NCBI GenBank assembly: GCA_039025235.1 | Contig: JBCCOS010000003.1 | Coordinates: 72,659-136,658 of the forward strand | Length of the DNA: 64,000 nt | Direction: 5' to 3' | Source: Pseudomonadota bacterium | Lineage (GTDB): Bacteria > Pseudomonadota > Alphaproteobacteria > Caulobacterales > Parvularculaceae | Shown here: positions 28,685-38,064 of the stretch, in pieces | How positions within the stretch are numbered: the stretch's first letter is position 1 | Layout of the letters: each line of letters starts with the position of its first letter | Made by a program: the position numbers and the translations under genes | The notes under the pieces: model-generated | Told to the model about the DNA's origin: nothing | Databases searched by the model: none | Seen by the model: the letters and a program-made list of their open reading frames with translations, nothing else

Positions 28685-28789
28685 CGGGTTCTCCCTGGAC
28701 GTGGCAAGCATCAAACAACAATATGGTTTGACGAGAATTAAGTAGACTATTCTTGTCTTGTCGTAACTAACTCTTTGCGCATTTTATGT

Positions 28790-29572
28790 TCAAGGCGCAG
28801 CTGCATGAATTCCGCGTGTTATGAGTTTTATAAATGGGTCTTCGGCGTCATTGATTTCATCGGCGATTACGATGCGCGACCAATCCGCAATGGATGCTGC
28901 TTCACCTATGGGAGCTTTTAAACAAACCGCGGCTATTTTTTTGAAACGATCCGACGCGCCAGCCGCTTGTGTCTGGGCAATGAACAGTTGGGCAGAACGC
29001 GCAGAATAAAAAAGGGCGAGAACCTCGCGCTGTTCCGACAGCGCATTATCAATGGCGCTCAAGGTCTGTGGCGATATGCGCTCACGCGCTGTCGCCTCAT
29101 AAATAACCTCACGGCGAGAAGAGATGCCGTGTTCTTGCAACAACGCGCAAAGGTCGCCAGCGCGGTGGACGCCCGCCACATGTAACACGGTGCCCGTTGT
29201 TTGGGGCTGGAAAATAGGGGCGCTTGAAATGAGCCGTGCAAGCGCCCTTACATCGCCATCGGCCGCGTTGACGTTGGTGAACCCAGCGGTCGCCGCCGCC
29301 TTTGCCGTCGCCGGACCTACGGCAAACACCGGCAATTCACGTCGGTCCGACTTTTCCGCAAAAGCTCTGACGCCATTGGCTGAGGTGAAAGCAAGGCTTG
29401 TGACGTTCGTCATATCAACCGCAACATCATTCGGCGCGATGTCCATAACGGGGGCAAAATGCGCGTCCTCGCCAATTTCCGCCAGTGACTGTATGAGAGA
29501 TGGGCCGTCCGGCGCGGGCCGGGTCACGATGATGAGCCGTTTTGCGGTATGATCGGGGCGGCTATCCTGCAT
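28790..29572 (-). CDS. hemD: uroporphyrinogen-III synthase
   Basis: RLIIVTRPAPDG...TSANGVRAF...AVGPATA. HemD-like length and position upstream of mic60-hemY. Confidence 0.8.
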   Translation of the reverse strand: MQDSRPDHTAKRLIIVTRPAPDGPSLIQSLAEIGEDAHFAPVMDIAPNDVAVDMTNVTSLAFTSANGVRAFAEKSDRRELPVFAVGPATAKAAATAGFTNVNAADGDVRALARLISSAPIFQPQTTGTVLHVAGVHRAGDLCALLQEHGISSRREVIYEATARERISPQTLSAIDNALSEQREVLALFYSARSAQLFIAQTQAAGASDRFKKIAAVCLKAPIGEAASIADWSRIVIADEINDAEDPFIKLITRGIHAAAP

Positions 29573-29691
29573 ATGTTTTTCTTAACGGTAGGGGCTTTGG
29601 TTGCCCTCAGAGAGGAGAACGACGTCAATCGTTTCTGGCGACAGCCAGCGTCTTATTTTTGTCTATTCATCGTTTTGGAATATAAGCGCGC

Positions 29692-30813
29692 ATGACGAGC
29701 ATAACCATACTTGGAATTGAAAGTAGTTGCGATGAAACGGCGGTGGCCGTGGTTCGGCGCAATCCCGATGGACAATATCGTGTGTTGTCTAACGAGGTTT
29801 GGTCCCAGACGGAGGCCCATGCGCCCTATGGTGGCGTCGTCCCTGAAATCGCCGCACGCAGCCATGTTGAGCGGATCGACGGTTTGATGGTGGCCGCTCT
29901 GGAAAACGCATCAACCGAACCGGGGGAGATTGATGCAGTCGCAGCCACGGCGGGCCCGGGGCTTGTTGGGGGCGTGATGGTGGGCCTAACCGCGGCAAAG
30001 GGTTTTGCGTTAGCCCACGACCTTCCCCTCTTACCCGTCAATCATCTGGAAGGGCACGCTCTATCGGTCCATCTTACTCAGCAAACAAACTATCCTTATC
30101 TTTTGCTTCTTGTTTCCGGCGGGCATACGCAGCTTATCGCGGTTGAGGGGCTCGGACAGTATCATCGAATGGGCACAACGATTGATGATGCTGCTGGAGA
30201 GGCTTTTGACAAAACCGCAAAACTGCTGGGACTGGGACAACCCGGCGGCCCTATGATTGAACGCGCGGCAACGGGTGGTCGGGCCGATCGTTTTGCGTTA
30301 CCGAAACCACTCGCGAAACGTGATGGCGCGGACTTTTCTTTCTCCGGATTGAAAACGGCGGTGCGGCTAGCGGTCGAGGGATTATCGTCGCCCACAGGAC
30401 AAGACGTCGCCGACATTGCCGCGTCGTTTCAAGCAGCAGCGGCGCGCCATCTCGCTGATCGGACGGCCCGCGCCATGGAACTGTTTGATCAGAAATATAG
30501 AAAGTCCACTCAATTAGGGCACGACAGAGACTGGCCGCTTGTCGTTGCTGGAGGGGTTGCAGCCAATTGTACAATCAAAGCGGCGCTGTCAGATATTTGT
30601 TCCGTAAGGGGCTGGGTCTTATCTGCGCCGCCGGTGAAATTCTGTACCGACAATGGTGCGATGATCGGTGTTGCCGGTGCGGAACGCTTTGCCGCTGGTC
30701 TTATTCCTGAGCGCGATGAAGCGCTTGCATTTGCTCCCCGCGCGCGCTGGCCTTTAGCGCCGCCGCCTATGGGCGCAGAACATGGTGGTGGCAAAAAAGG
30801 CCCAAAAGCCTGA
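29692..30813 (+). CDS. tsaD: tRNA N6-adenosine threonylcarbamoyltransferase TsaD
   Basis: ILGIESSCDETAVAV, HLEGHAL, LLVSGGHTQL and GGVAAN motifs. Confidence 0.97.
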   Translation: MTSITILGIESSCDETAVAVVRRNPDGQYRVLSNEVWSQTEAHAPYGGVVPEIAARSHVERIDGLMVAALENASTEPGEIDAVAATAGPGLVGGVMVGLTAAKGFALAHDLPLLPVNHLEGHALSVHLTQQTNYPYLLLLVSGGHTQLIAVEGLGQYHRMGTTIDDAAGEAFDKTAKLLGLGQPGGPMIERAATGGRADRFALPKPLAKRDGADFSFSGLKTAVRLAVEGLSSPTGQDVADIAASFQAAAARHLADRTARAMELFDQKYRKSTQLGHDRDWPLVVAGGVAANCTIKAALSDICSVRGWVLSAPPVKFCTDNGAMIGVAGAERFAAGLIPERDEALAFAPRARWPLAPPPMGAEHGGGKKGPKA

Positions 30814-30876
30814 AGATTGGCTATTCAAAGACCTTACATGCTTGACGCACCCTTTCAGTCTCCGGCATGGGAGAGT

Positions 30877-31908
30877 ATGTCCGACACAGCTCATTTTGAA
30901 CGCGTTATTGTTTACGGGGGTGGCGCCTGGGGGACGGCCCTTGCTCAATTGATGGCCCCAAAAGGTGTATCCGTATCGATATTAATGCGCAATGCTAAAG
31001 CCGCCTTAGGCATTAATACCGATCGAGAGAACCGACTTTATTTGCCAGGCATTGCACTGCATGAAAATATCGTTGCCGTAACAGATGCGGATGCCGTTAT
31101 CGGAGCCGCAGACGCTCTGGTATATGCAGGGCCCGCGCAAGCGGCGCGTGATATCTTGCAGACCCTCTTTGATGCCTATCGCGTAACGCGATCCAGTACC
31201 GGTGAACAATTCCCGGTCTTGCTTTGTTCAAAAGGATTAGAGCGTTCATCAGGCTTACCCCTGTCGACTGTTTTGTCCGAGGCCTTTCCGAAAGCAGCAA
31301 AGGCGGTTTTATCAGGCCCAAGTTTTGCCCACGATGTTGCGTCTGGTTTGCCGACAGCAGTGACGCTAGCCGCCAGCGATCCTGGTGTTGGCGCGCGCTG
31401 GTCAAGAACGCTGTCAGGTCCCAGTTTTAGACTTTATTCGACAACGGATATTTTGGGCGTTGAGCTTGGCGGCGCGATGAAGAATGTATTGGCCATTGCG
31501 GCGGGCGCGGCGCAAGGCGCAGGCCTCGGCGAAAGTGCCCGCGCGGCAGTTATTGCCCGCGGTTTTTCAGAGTTTCAAAAATTAGGGGCAACCCTCGGTG
31601 CACGAACTGAAACAATGGCCGGTTTGTCAGGTCTTGGTGATCTTATCCTGACAGCGACCTCTAAAGCATCGCGCAATATGTCCCTCGGGTTTGAATTGGG
31701 CCAGGGACGTTCTTTTGCCGATATTCAAGGGGATCGTTCGACGGTGAGTGAGGGCGCGGCGACGGCAGCTGCTATTGTCGAGCTTGGTCGCGCAAACAAT
31801 ATCGATGCGCCACTTGCAAAGGCTGTTGCAGACCTCATCGATGGCGTTCGCGATATCAATCAGATTAAGGATGATTTATTGGCTCGACCCGCAAAAAGCG
31901 AAGCATAA
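30877..31908 (+). CDS. gpsA: NAD(P)H-dependent glycerol-3-phosphate dehydrogenase
   Basis: VIVYGGGAWGTALA Rossmann motif, GPSFA, KNVLAIAAG and GLGDLILT. ATG at 30877 preceded by GGGAGAG. Confidence 0.95.
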   Translation: MSDTAHFERVIVYGGGAWGTALAQLMAPKGVSVSILMRNAKAALGINTDRENRLYLPGIALHENIVAVTDADAVIGAADALVYAGPAQAARDILQTLFDAYRVTRSSTGEQFPVLLCSKGLERSSGLPLSTVLSEAFPKAAKAVLSGPSFAHDVASGLPTAVTLAASDPGVGARWSRTLSGPSFRLYSTTDILGVELGGAMKNVLAIAAGAAQGAGLGESARAAVIARGFSEFQKLGATLGARTETMAGLSGLGDLILTATSKASRNMSLGFELGQGRSFADIQGDRSTVSEGAATAAAIVELGRANNIDAPLAKAVADLIDGVRDINQIKDDLLARPAKSEA

Positions 31909-31975
31909 ACAGGGCTTCGACCTAATAGTAAGGTTAGCCTTAACGAAAAGTAGACCTCGACCGCAAGCAGCGTTT

Positions 31976-32119
31976 TTTAAAGCGTCGACACTTCAATTGG
32001 AATCGGGACGACGTTTAAAGCGCTTCTGTTTCAATTGGAATCAGAACGGCGCTTTAAGTTTTTGATTTTACGCATTTTCTTAACGCCAACCGCACACACT
32101 TGGCTTGTAAATGCTTTAG
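31976..32119 (+). repeat. Family B modular repeat, copy B2 (two hairpin modules plus tail)
   Basis: TTTAAAGCGTCGACACTTCAATTGGAATCGGGACGACGTTTAAAGCGCTTCTGTTTCAATTGGAATCAGAACGGCGCTTTAAG followed by TTTTTGATTTTACGCATTTTCTTAACGCCAACCGCACACACTTGGCTTGTAAATGCTTTAGG. Confidence 0.9.
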
Positions 32120-32508
32120 GTAAGGTCTTTTTTGCGGAGATAAGATGCGCAGCTCGCCTCATAAGGACGAGCGGATAATTTTGCGTTCCAGCCAGCAGTC
32201 CACGCTTCAGCCGCATCCGCATTTTCCGCGCGGCACATTTCGTAACCGGTTCGGTATTGTGATGATAAGACGTTCACGTCACTACCGGCCATATTGAAGC
32301 CACGGTCGAAGCACCCACAAAGCAGTTTGCGTTTTGTCTTATCCATACCCGGGATACCAGCAAGCGTATCTAACCCATCATTATTTGCTTTAGCTTGTTT
32401 CGGAGCGCCGCCGATTCCACCGGACAACGTCGTCAGTGCTACGATCGCAGCCACGACGATGAACAGCGCTAGGATGCCGCCGAAAATTGCCTCAATTTTA
32501 CTGCCCAT
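32116..32508 (-). CDS. hypothetical membrane-anchored Cys-containing protein
   Basis: ATG at 32508 preceded by GAGGGG. One N-terminal TM (IFGGILALFIVVAAIVAL). No family recognised. Its stop codon lies in the last bases of repeat B2. Confidence 0.5.
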   Translation of the reverse strand: MGSKIEAIFGGILALFIVVAAIVALTTLSGGIGGAPKQAKANNDGLDTLAGIPGMDKTKRKLLCGCFDRGFNMAGSDVNVLSSQYRTGYEMCRAENADAAEAWTAGWNAKLSARPYEASCASYLRKKDLT

Positions 32509-32675
32509 AACGATACCCCTCAACGGACGTCTGCTGTGCCAGCAGGATGCTTCTTTGGGTTAACTATACAGCGAGGTTGGCCTGTCGGAAAGGTGTCTTG
32601 GCGTTTTCCATCACAATCTCCCTGAAAAACCAAAAAGCTTAGTTTTTTCATGACCTTACCAAGGCATTGCCACGA

Positions 32676-33896
32676 CTAAGTCTTGTGTCGCGCGAGAAGT
32701 TTGAGCCGCAGTGCGTTCAGTTTGATGAAGCCTTCGGCGTCTTTTTGGTCATAAACGGCATCTTCTTCGAATGTGACATGGGCCGCTGAGTATAGTGATT
32801 TCGGAGAGGATCGACCGATCACTGTGGCTGCGCCTTTGTACAGCTTGATTTTGACACTGCCGGAAACATTTTCCTGGCTTTTATCGATGAGCGCCTGCAG
32901 CATCTCACGCTCAGGCGAAAACCAGAAGCCATTGTAAATGAGTTCCGCATAGCGTGGACCTAATTCATCCTTCAGATGACCAGCGCCGCGATCAAGGGTG
33001 ATTTGTTCAATTCCTCTGTGTGCAGCCAATAGGATAGCACCCCCTGGCGTTTCATAGATACCCCTGGACTTCATGCCGACAAATCGATTTTCAACAAAAT
33101 CAAGGCGACCGATTCCGTGCGTGCCACCATATGTATTGAGGCTTGTAAGTAACGCTGCCGGCGATAGTTCTTTGCCATTGATGGCAACAGCATCTCCGTG
33201 CTCAAATGCGATTTCAATAATCTCGGGATCATCTGGCGCATCTTCTGGAGCGGTGGTTCGTTGGTACACATAATCCGGTGCGGGTTCGGCCGGATCTTCA
33301 AGGACTTTCCCCTCAGAAGATGTATGTAAAAGATTGGCGTCCACGGAAAATGGTGCTTCACCGCGTTTGTCTTTGGCAATTTCAATTTGATGGGATTCTG
33401 CAAAAGCGATCAGTTTATTACGGCTATTAAGGTCCCATTCACGCCATGGGGCGATAACTTTGATTGATGGATTTAGGGCGTATGCCGATAATTCAAACCG
33501 GACCTGGTCATTGCCTTTGCCTGTCGCGCCATGGGATATGGCGTCGGCGCTGGTTTTTTCGGCGATCTCGACAAGGCGTTTGGAAATAAGGGGTCGGGCG
33601 ATTGCCGTGCCCAATTGGTATTCCCCTTCATAAAGGGCATTCGCGCGCATCATCGGGAAGACAAAGTCGCGAACGAATTCCTCGCGTAAATCTTCGATAA
33701 AGATATGCTCTGGCTTTACGCCGGCGCGTTCGGCCTTGATACGAGCCGGTTCCAATTCTTCCCCCTGACCAAGGTCAGCAGTAAACGTTACGACTTCGCA
33801 GTCATAAGCCGTCTGCAGCCATTTCAGGATGACCGATGTGTCGAGCCCGCCGGAATAGGCGAGGACGACGCGCTTTATTTCGTCGTGATTTGTCAT
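32676..33896 (-). CDS. argG: argininosuccinate synthase
   Basis: [29 protein letters not shown] and other full-length ArgG motifs. Confidence 0.97.
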   Translation of the reverse strand: MTNHDEIKRVVLAYSGGLDTSVILKWLQTAYDCEVVTFTADLGQGEELEPARIKAERAGVKPEHIFIEDLREEFVRDFVFPMMRANALYEGEYQLGTAIARPLISKRLVEIAEKTSADAISHGATGKGNDQVRFELSAYALNPSIKVIAPWREWDLNSRNKLIAFAESHQIEIAKDKRGEAPFSVDANLLHTSSEGKVLEDPAEPAPDYVYQRTTAPEDAPDDPEIIEIAFEHGDAVAINGKELSPAALLTSLNTYGGTHGIGRLDFVENRFVGMKSRGIYETPGGAILLAAHRGIEQITLDRGAGHLKDELGPRYAELIYNGFWFSPEREMLQALIDKSQENVSGSVKIKLYKGAATVIGRSSPKSLYSAAHVTFEEDAVYDQKDAEGFIKLNALRLKLLARHKT

Positions 33897-34078
33897 GGCG
33901 CGCTTCTTTAGCGCAAAGCGGTGTCGTTGGCGACCCGGTGTGCGCTATAAAGCTGTTGGCAAGCTGCGCCGAAAAAGTCACATCCCGTAGAACTCCATAA
34001 AAATCGCGCGCTCTGCCGTCGGAATCCCTTGACGTTGTCACCGTCGGATTAAACGCTACAAAAAATAAAAACGAAGAG

Positions 34079-36157
34079 GTGAGGTGGCCCATGGTGAATG
34101 ACAATCCAAAAATGAGGCTTTTCCTTGGATCCCCAGTTTTCCTAGGATCCCCAGTTTGGCAACGTGGTTGGCGTGGTGCTTGTTGGCGTTTCGGGTTTTT
34201 GCCAATTGGGTTTTTTCGATATGAACAAGCGTCCAACGGATCTTTGTTGCCAAAAAAATCGCCAGAAGAACGGCCAGAAGAACTGTCAGAAGATTTGTGC
34301 AGTGCGGCGACAGCGCTCGCGCTTATACTGATGTCGTTATTTGTTGCGCCAGCGGTGGCACAGGAATTCGACCGTCAGGTCGTTTTTGGCGACAGCCTTT
34401 CCGATCCGGGCAATATTTTTCCGGATCTTCGTTTTACCAACGGACCGCTTTACGCAGAGATTTTGCAACAAAATTTCCGTATCGATGATGCGGATGTATT
34501 CAACTCCGCGGTCGGTGGTGCAAAAACCAGTCAATCGCCAAACCCCAGCGGCTTCGTGACCGGTAACATATCGGATGTGGTATTGGTCGCTGATACCGAT
34601 CTGACCAACCAATCCGACAATTTTCTTGATCGTCAGGGCGGCGCGCATAGTTCGACAAGCTTGTTTATCGTCAATGGTGGGGGCAATAACGGCTTCGTCA
34701 CCAATCAGATTTCGTTTTTGCCGAGCACCACTGATCCTATTGGGCTATTGCAGTCGGCAGCGCTGCAGGCTTCGAGTGATCTTGTATCGATTTCGTCCAG
34801 TCTGATTTCGGCGGGCGCACAAACAATTGTCGTTCCAAATTCTGCGGATTTGGGGGCTGTTGCTGAACCTTTTGGGTTCGGCACAAGTATTGAAACCGAA
34901 AGCCGTTCGCGTTCAACGATCTTTACGAATGAATTCAACGCAGCGCTGGTATCGGACCTGGGAGCGCTAGCCGCAACAACGGATACTGACATTATCCTTG
35001 TTGATGTAAACACGCTCTTTGCTGATGCACAGGCAAATCCAGAGAAATATGGTATCAGCAATGTAACAGATGCTTGCAGCAGCACGCCATCCTGTGTGAC
35101 GGCGAGCTTTGACGATCAAAATCAGTTCCTCTTTTTTGATGGTGTGCACCCGACGGCGGCGGGTCATACCATCAAAGGGCAATTTTACACCGATACGATC
35201 CTTGCTCCATTTGTTCTAGGCGGTGTTGCAGAAACGTTGCGGGATAGCGCCGAAGCGCGGCGCCAGCGGTTTGCCCAAGGGTTTGTGACGACGCGGCTTG
35301 CTGATCGGGCAGGCGAAGACGGAATTATCGTTTTCGTCGACAGTGGGTATCTCGATCTCGAGCGCAATGCAGCGTCCGGCATTCTTGGGTATGAGGCGGA
35401 TGGTTTTGATACTGGCGGCGGTATCGGCAAGGTGTTTGATGCGAACTGGGCGGCCGCTATTTATGGTGGTATCTCGCGCTTTGATGGCTTGTTTGAGACG
35501 CGTGCTGCTGGGTTCGATATTGATGCGTATTACTTTGGGGGTCTCGCCCAAGGCAATTTGCCCTATAATATTCTGTTCACGGCCGATGTGGGGATACAAT
35601 TCTCCGACATCGTTACTGACCGTGATACGGGGGTTGCGAACCAATCTGCCATCGGGGAGCAGGAAACCACATCATTCTCGGTATCTGGTCGTGTCTCAAA
35701 AGACCATTATTTCGGCAATTTTGTTTTCACACCAGAGGTCGCACTGGGGTATTTTCGGGCTGACCTTGATGCCTACCAGCAATCAGGTGCGACCGGGCTT
35801 GATCTTGCCGTTCGTGGAACGGATGTTGATGCTGCCTATGCTGAAATCGGTGGGCGCTTAGCGCGACCGTTCAGTTTGGGTAGGGATACGTCCATCATCC
35901 CAAGCGCAAGGGTCCTTTATCGCACGGACTTCAATGAATTTGATCAAACAATCGTCACTGACCTTGTAAGTGCGCCCGGTGTGCCACGGACAACCTTTAT
36001 TAACGGCTATGCCGACAACTCTTTGCGTCTTGAAGGCGGCGTTGTGGTAGAGGCTGTTGATGGCTTTATGATCGACCTAAACGGGGGTGGTCTCCTTGCG
36101 CGCAATGGAGAAAGCTCTGGCTATTTCATTTCAGCGCGTGTTTCGGTTGGCTTCTAA
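34079..36157 (+). CDS. autotransporter with SGNH/GDSL esterase-lipase passenger domain (EstA-like)
   Basis: GDSL block VVFGDSLSDPGN, block V FFDGVHPTAAGH, and a C-terminal beta-barrel ending ...YFISARVSVGF. The start is uncertain. The signal peptide ...ALALILMSLFVAPAVAQE suggests initiation near 34295-34331. Confidence 0.85.
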   Translation: MRWPMVNDNPKMRLFLGSPVFLGSPVWQRGWRGACWRFGFLPIGFFRYEQASNGSLLPKKSPEERPEELSEDLCSAATALALILMSLFVAPAVAQEFDRQVVFGDSLSDPGNIFPDLRFTNGPLYAEILQQNFRIDDADVFNSAVGGAKTSQSPNPSGFVTGNISDVVLVADTDLTNQSDNFLDRQGGAHSSTSLFIVNGGGNNGFVTNQISFLPSTTDPIGLLQSAALQASSDLVSISSSLISAGAQTIVVPNSADLGAVAEPFGFGTSIETESRSRSTIFTNEFNAALVSDLGALAATTDTDIILVDVNTLFADAQANPEKYGISNVTDACSSTPSCVTASFDDQNQFLFFDGVHPTAAGHTIKGQFYTDTILAPFVLGGVAETLRDSAEARRQRFAQGFVTTRLADRAGEDGIIVFVDSGYLDLERNAASGILGYEADGFDTGGGIGKVFDANWAAAIYGGISRFDGLFETRAAGFDIDAYYFGGLAQGNLPYNILFTADVGIQFSDIVTDRDTGVANQSAIGEQETTSFSVSGRVSKDHYFGNFVFTPEVALGYFRADLDAYQQSGATGLDLAVRGTDVDAAYAEIGGRLARPFSLGRDTSIIPSARVLYRTDFNEFDQTIVTDLVSAPGVPRTTFINGYADNSLRLEGGVVVEAVDGFMIDLNGGGLLARNGESSGYFISARVSVGF
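34121..34156. repeat. 18-bp x2 tandem repeat in the argG/autotransporter leader region
   Basis: ttccttggatccccagtt / ttcctaggatccccagtt. Confidence 0.9.
34261..34296. repeat. 12-bp x3 tandem repeat in the argG/autotransporter leader region
   Basis: gccagaagaacg / gccagaagaact / gtcagaagattt. Confidence 0.85.
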
Positions 36158-36204
36158 TCAAGCTTTGTGCCTCTTGAGGAAAAAGTCATATCGTTTAATG
36201 GTGC

Positions 36205-38064
36205 ATGGCAATCAAATTCGGAAGAGTTTTGCGAGGACGAGGGGCTGCGTTTCCCCATGTCCCCAGCACAGTCCTATCTACTGAAAGACACTCTCTAGTG
36301 GCATCATTTGACCGTCGCCAGTTGGTCTTGGCAGCCAGTCCCTTGAACCTCATTTTACTCGCAGTATTTTTCACCGGCTGTGCGTTCATCTTGTCGACGC
36401 CTCCATTTGAGGGCTTCGACGAGACGGCCCATTATTCGTCGGTGCAATTGATCGCTGATGAAGGGCGCATACCGGTATATGGAAAAGATCTCATAGCGCG
36501 CGATGTCAACGAGTATTTGACCGTTGGACCGGATCGCTATTCTTCGGTTCCCCCTTTTGATGAAAGTCCTAATAAGTCGTATAAAGATGTGTTTATGGAC
36601 GAAGGAGGGGTTGATGCAATGCGATCATTTATCAATCAACCACCTAAAACACCGCGCAAGTTTGAGCAAGGACGGTCAATAAACTGGCAGGCACAGCATC
36701 CACCCCTCAGCTACATTGCGCTTGCGCCCGTCTATAGTCTTACAAAGACGTTGGATTGGAAGGCGCATTTGTTTTGGCTACGGTTGGCCTGTTGGGTCGT
36801 CGCATTCGCTGGCCTTTGGATTGGTGTTGAGGCGACCGCCTCTTTTTTTAAGCTGGATCAAGCAACGCTGGGGCCGTCGAGCACGTTCAGTGACTTTGAT
36901 CAAACGGAAAACCAATTAGCTGTGCCCTTTATGATGGCATGTTGGCCATTTTTAGCGCCGATGTTCTTTGTGGAGATGGCCAGGCTCGGTAATGATAGCT
37001 TTTGTCTTCTTTTTGCAGGCATCAGCTGGGCAGCGCTTTTGAATTATTTGAAGCATCGCAGCACGCAAAGCGGTGTTTCAAGGGCAAGCTTTTTGTTAGC
37101 GAGCGCCATCGGTTTTGGCGCGTTGACGAAAGCATTCTTTCTACCGGTTGCTGTGGGTATTGGATTATTGCTCTCGTGGCATGCCATCTCGGACTTGCTT
37201 CGAGATATCAGGGGAACGTCGCATCAATCCTTCTTGCAACAGCTTGCCAGAGTACTTGCCCCTGTCGCGGTATTCGGCGTGACATTTCTTATCATCGCTG
37301 GTGGTTGGTATGCGCAGAAATATTTTTCAACGGGAACCATTACAGGGTCCCATGACATGGCATCGCTTAAGGCAAGCGGTGGGATGAGCGCTGCGGACTC
37401 TGGGTTTTCCATTTTCATTTTTTTAAACCGACTTGCATCATTGTATATGAGCTTTGTCTGGGCCGGAACCTGGTCTTTTGTATCGATGCCGAGGGTTCTT
37501 GAAGCAATATTGTCTGTATTATTCGCTATACCACTTGTTTATTACCTTCAACGTGTGGTGAGGGAACGTCCGGATAAAGAAATTTTTACACCAGGTTTGC
37601 TAGATGCACCAATCTTTATGGTGGCACCTGTCGTTGTGGGGCTCGGCTACCACGCTGCCGTTCAAGTCATGTTGGGCCCAAAGGGCATCGTGACACCCGG
37701 ATATTATTTACATATTTTTGCAACGCCCATCGGATTTGCTTTTGCGTTGGGCGCTATACGGCTGATGGAGCTGCGAACCGGTATTTTTGCCGTTGGCCGT
37801 TTGTTAATCGTGATATTTGTATTGTATGCGGCGCTGTTTATCGTGCTCGCTCAATTCCATCAAATGACCCTGTTTTCGGGGTGTTCCATTAAAGATCCTA
37901 TTACCCGTACCTATCGGGCCCTCGAATGCTTTGGTCATGCGCCCTTGATGATGGAGAGACTCGAAATCCTAATCTTTCCAAAGCTCGCTTTGACGTTCTA
38001 CGCCTTAGGCGGCGGTCTGTTTATACTAGCCGCGTGGCGCGCCATTAAAAAATCGGTAGAATGA
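36205..38064 (+). CDS. polytopic membrane protein, GT-C-like glycosyltransferase candidate (PMT_2 / DUF2142-like)
   Basis: More than 10 hydrophobic segments. The first periplasmic loop motif PPFEGFDETAHY resembles the DE-containing loop of ArnT/PMT-type enzymes. The assignment is tentative. Confidence 0.45.
   Translation: MAIKFGRVLRGRGAAFPHVPSTVLSTERHSLVASFDRRQLVLAASPLNLILLAVFFTGCAFILSTPPFEGFDETAHYSSVQLIADEGRIPVYGKDLIARDVNEYLTVGPDRYSSVPPFDESPNKSYKDVFMDEGGVDAMRSFINQPPKTPRKFEQGRSINWQAQHPPLSYIALAPVYSLTKTLDWKAHLFWLRLACWVVAFAGLWIGVEATASFFKLDQATLGPSSTFSDFDQTENQLAVPFMMACWPFLAPMFFVEMARLGNDSFCLLFAGISWAALLNYLKHRSTQSGVSRASFLLASAIGFGALTKAFFLPVAVGIGLLLSWHAISDLLRDIRGTSHQSFLQQLARVLAPVAVFGVTFLIIAGGWYAQKYFSTGTITGSHDMASLKASGGMSAADSGFSIFIFLNRLASLYMSFVWAGTWSFVSMPRVLEAILSVLFAIPLVYYLQRVVRERPDKEIFTPGLLDAPIFMVAPVVVGLGYHAAVQVMLGPKGIVTPGYYLHIFATPIGFAFALGAIRLMELRTGIFAVGRLLIVIFVLYAALFIVLAQFHQMTLFSGCSIKDPITRTYRALECFGHAPLMMERLEILIFPKLALTFYALGGGLFILAAWRAIKKSVE

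Noticed and set aside
31748-32222. Small ORFs crossing Family B copies (31748..32065, 32031..32222; likewise 41826..42074, 41881..42120, 58811..59050, 10865..11068)
   Set aside because: Their only conserved parts are the repeat itself, read in different frames and orientations at different loci. There is no independent coding evidence.
33802-34236. 144-aa minus-strand ORF spanning the argG start and the upstream spacer
   Set aside because: It overlaps the argG 5' end out of frame. Its only notable feature (TGDPRKTGDPRK) is the 18-bp tandem repeat read on the other strand.
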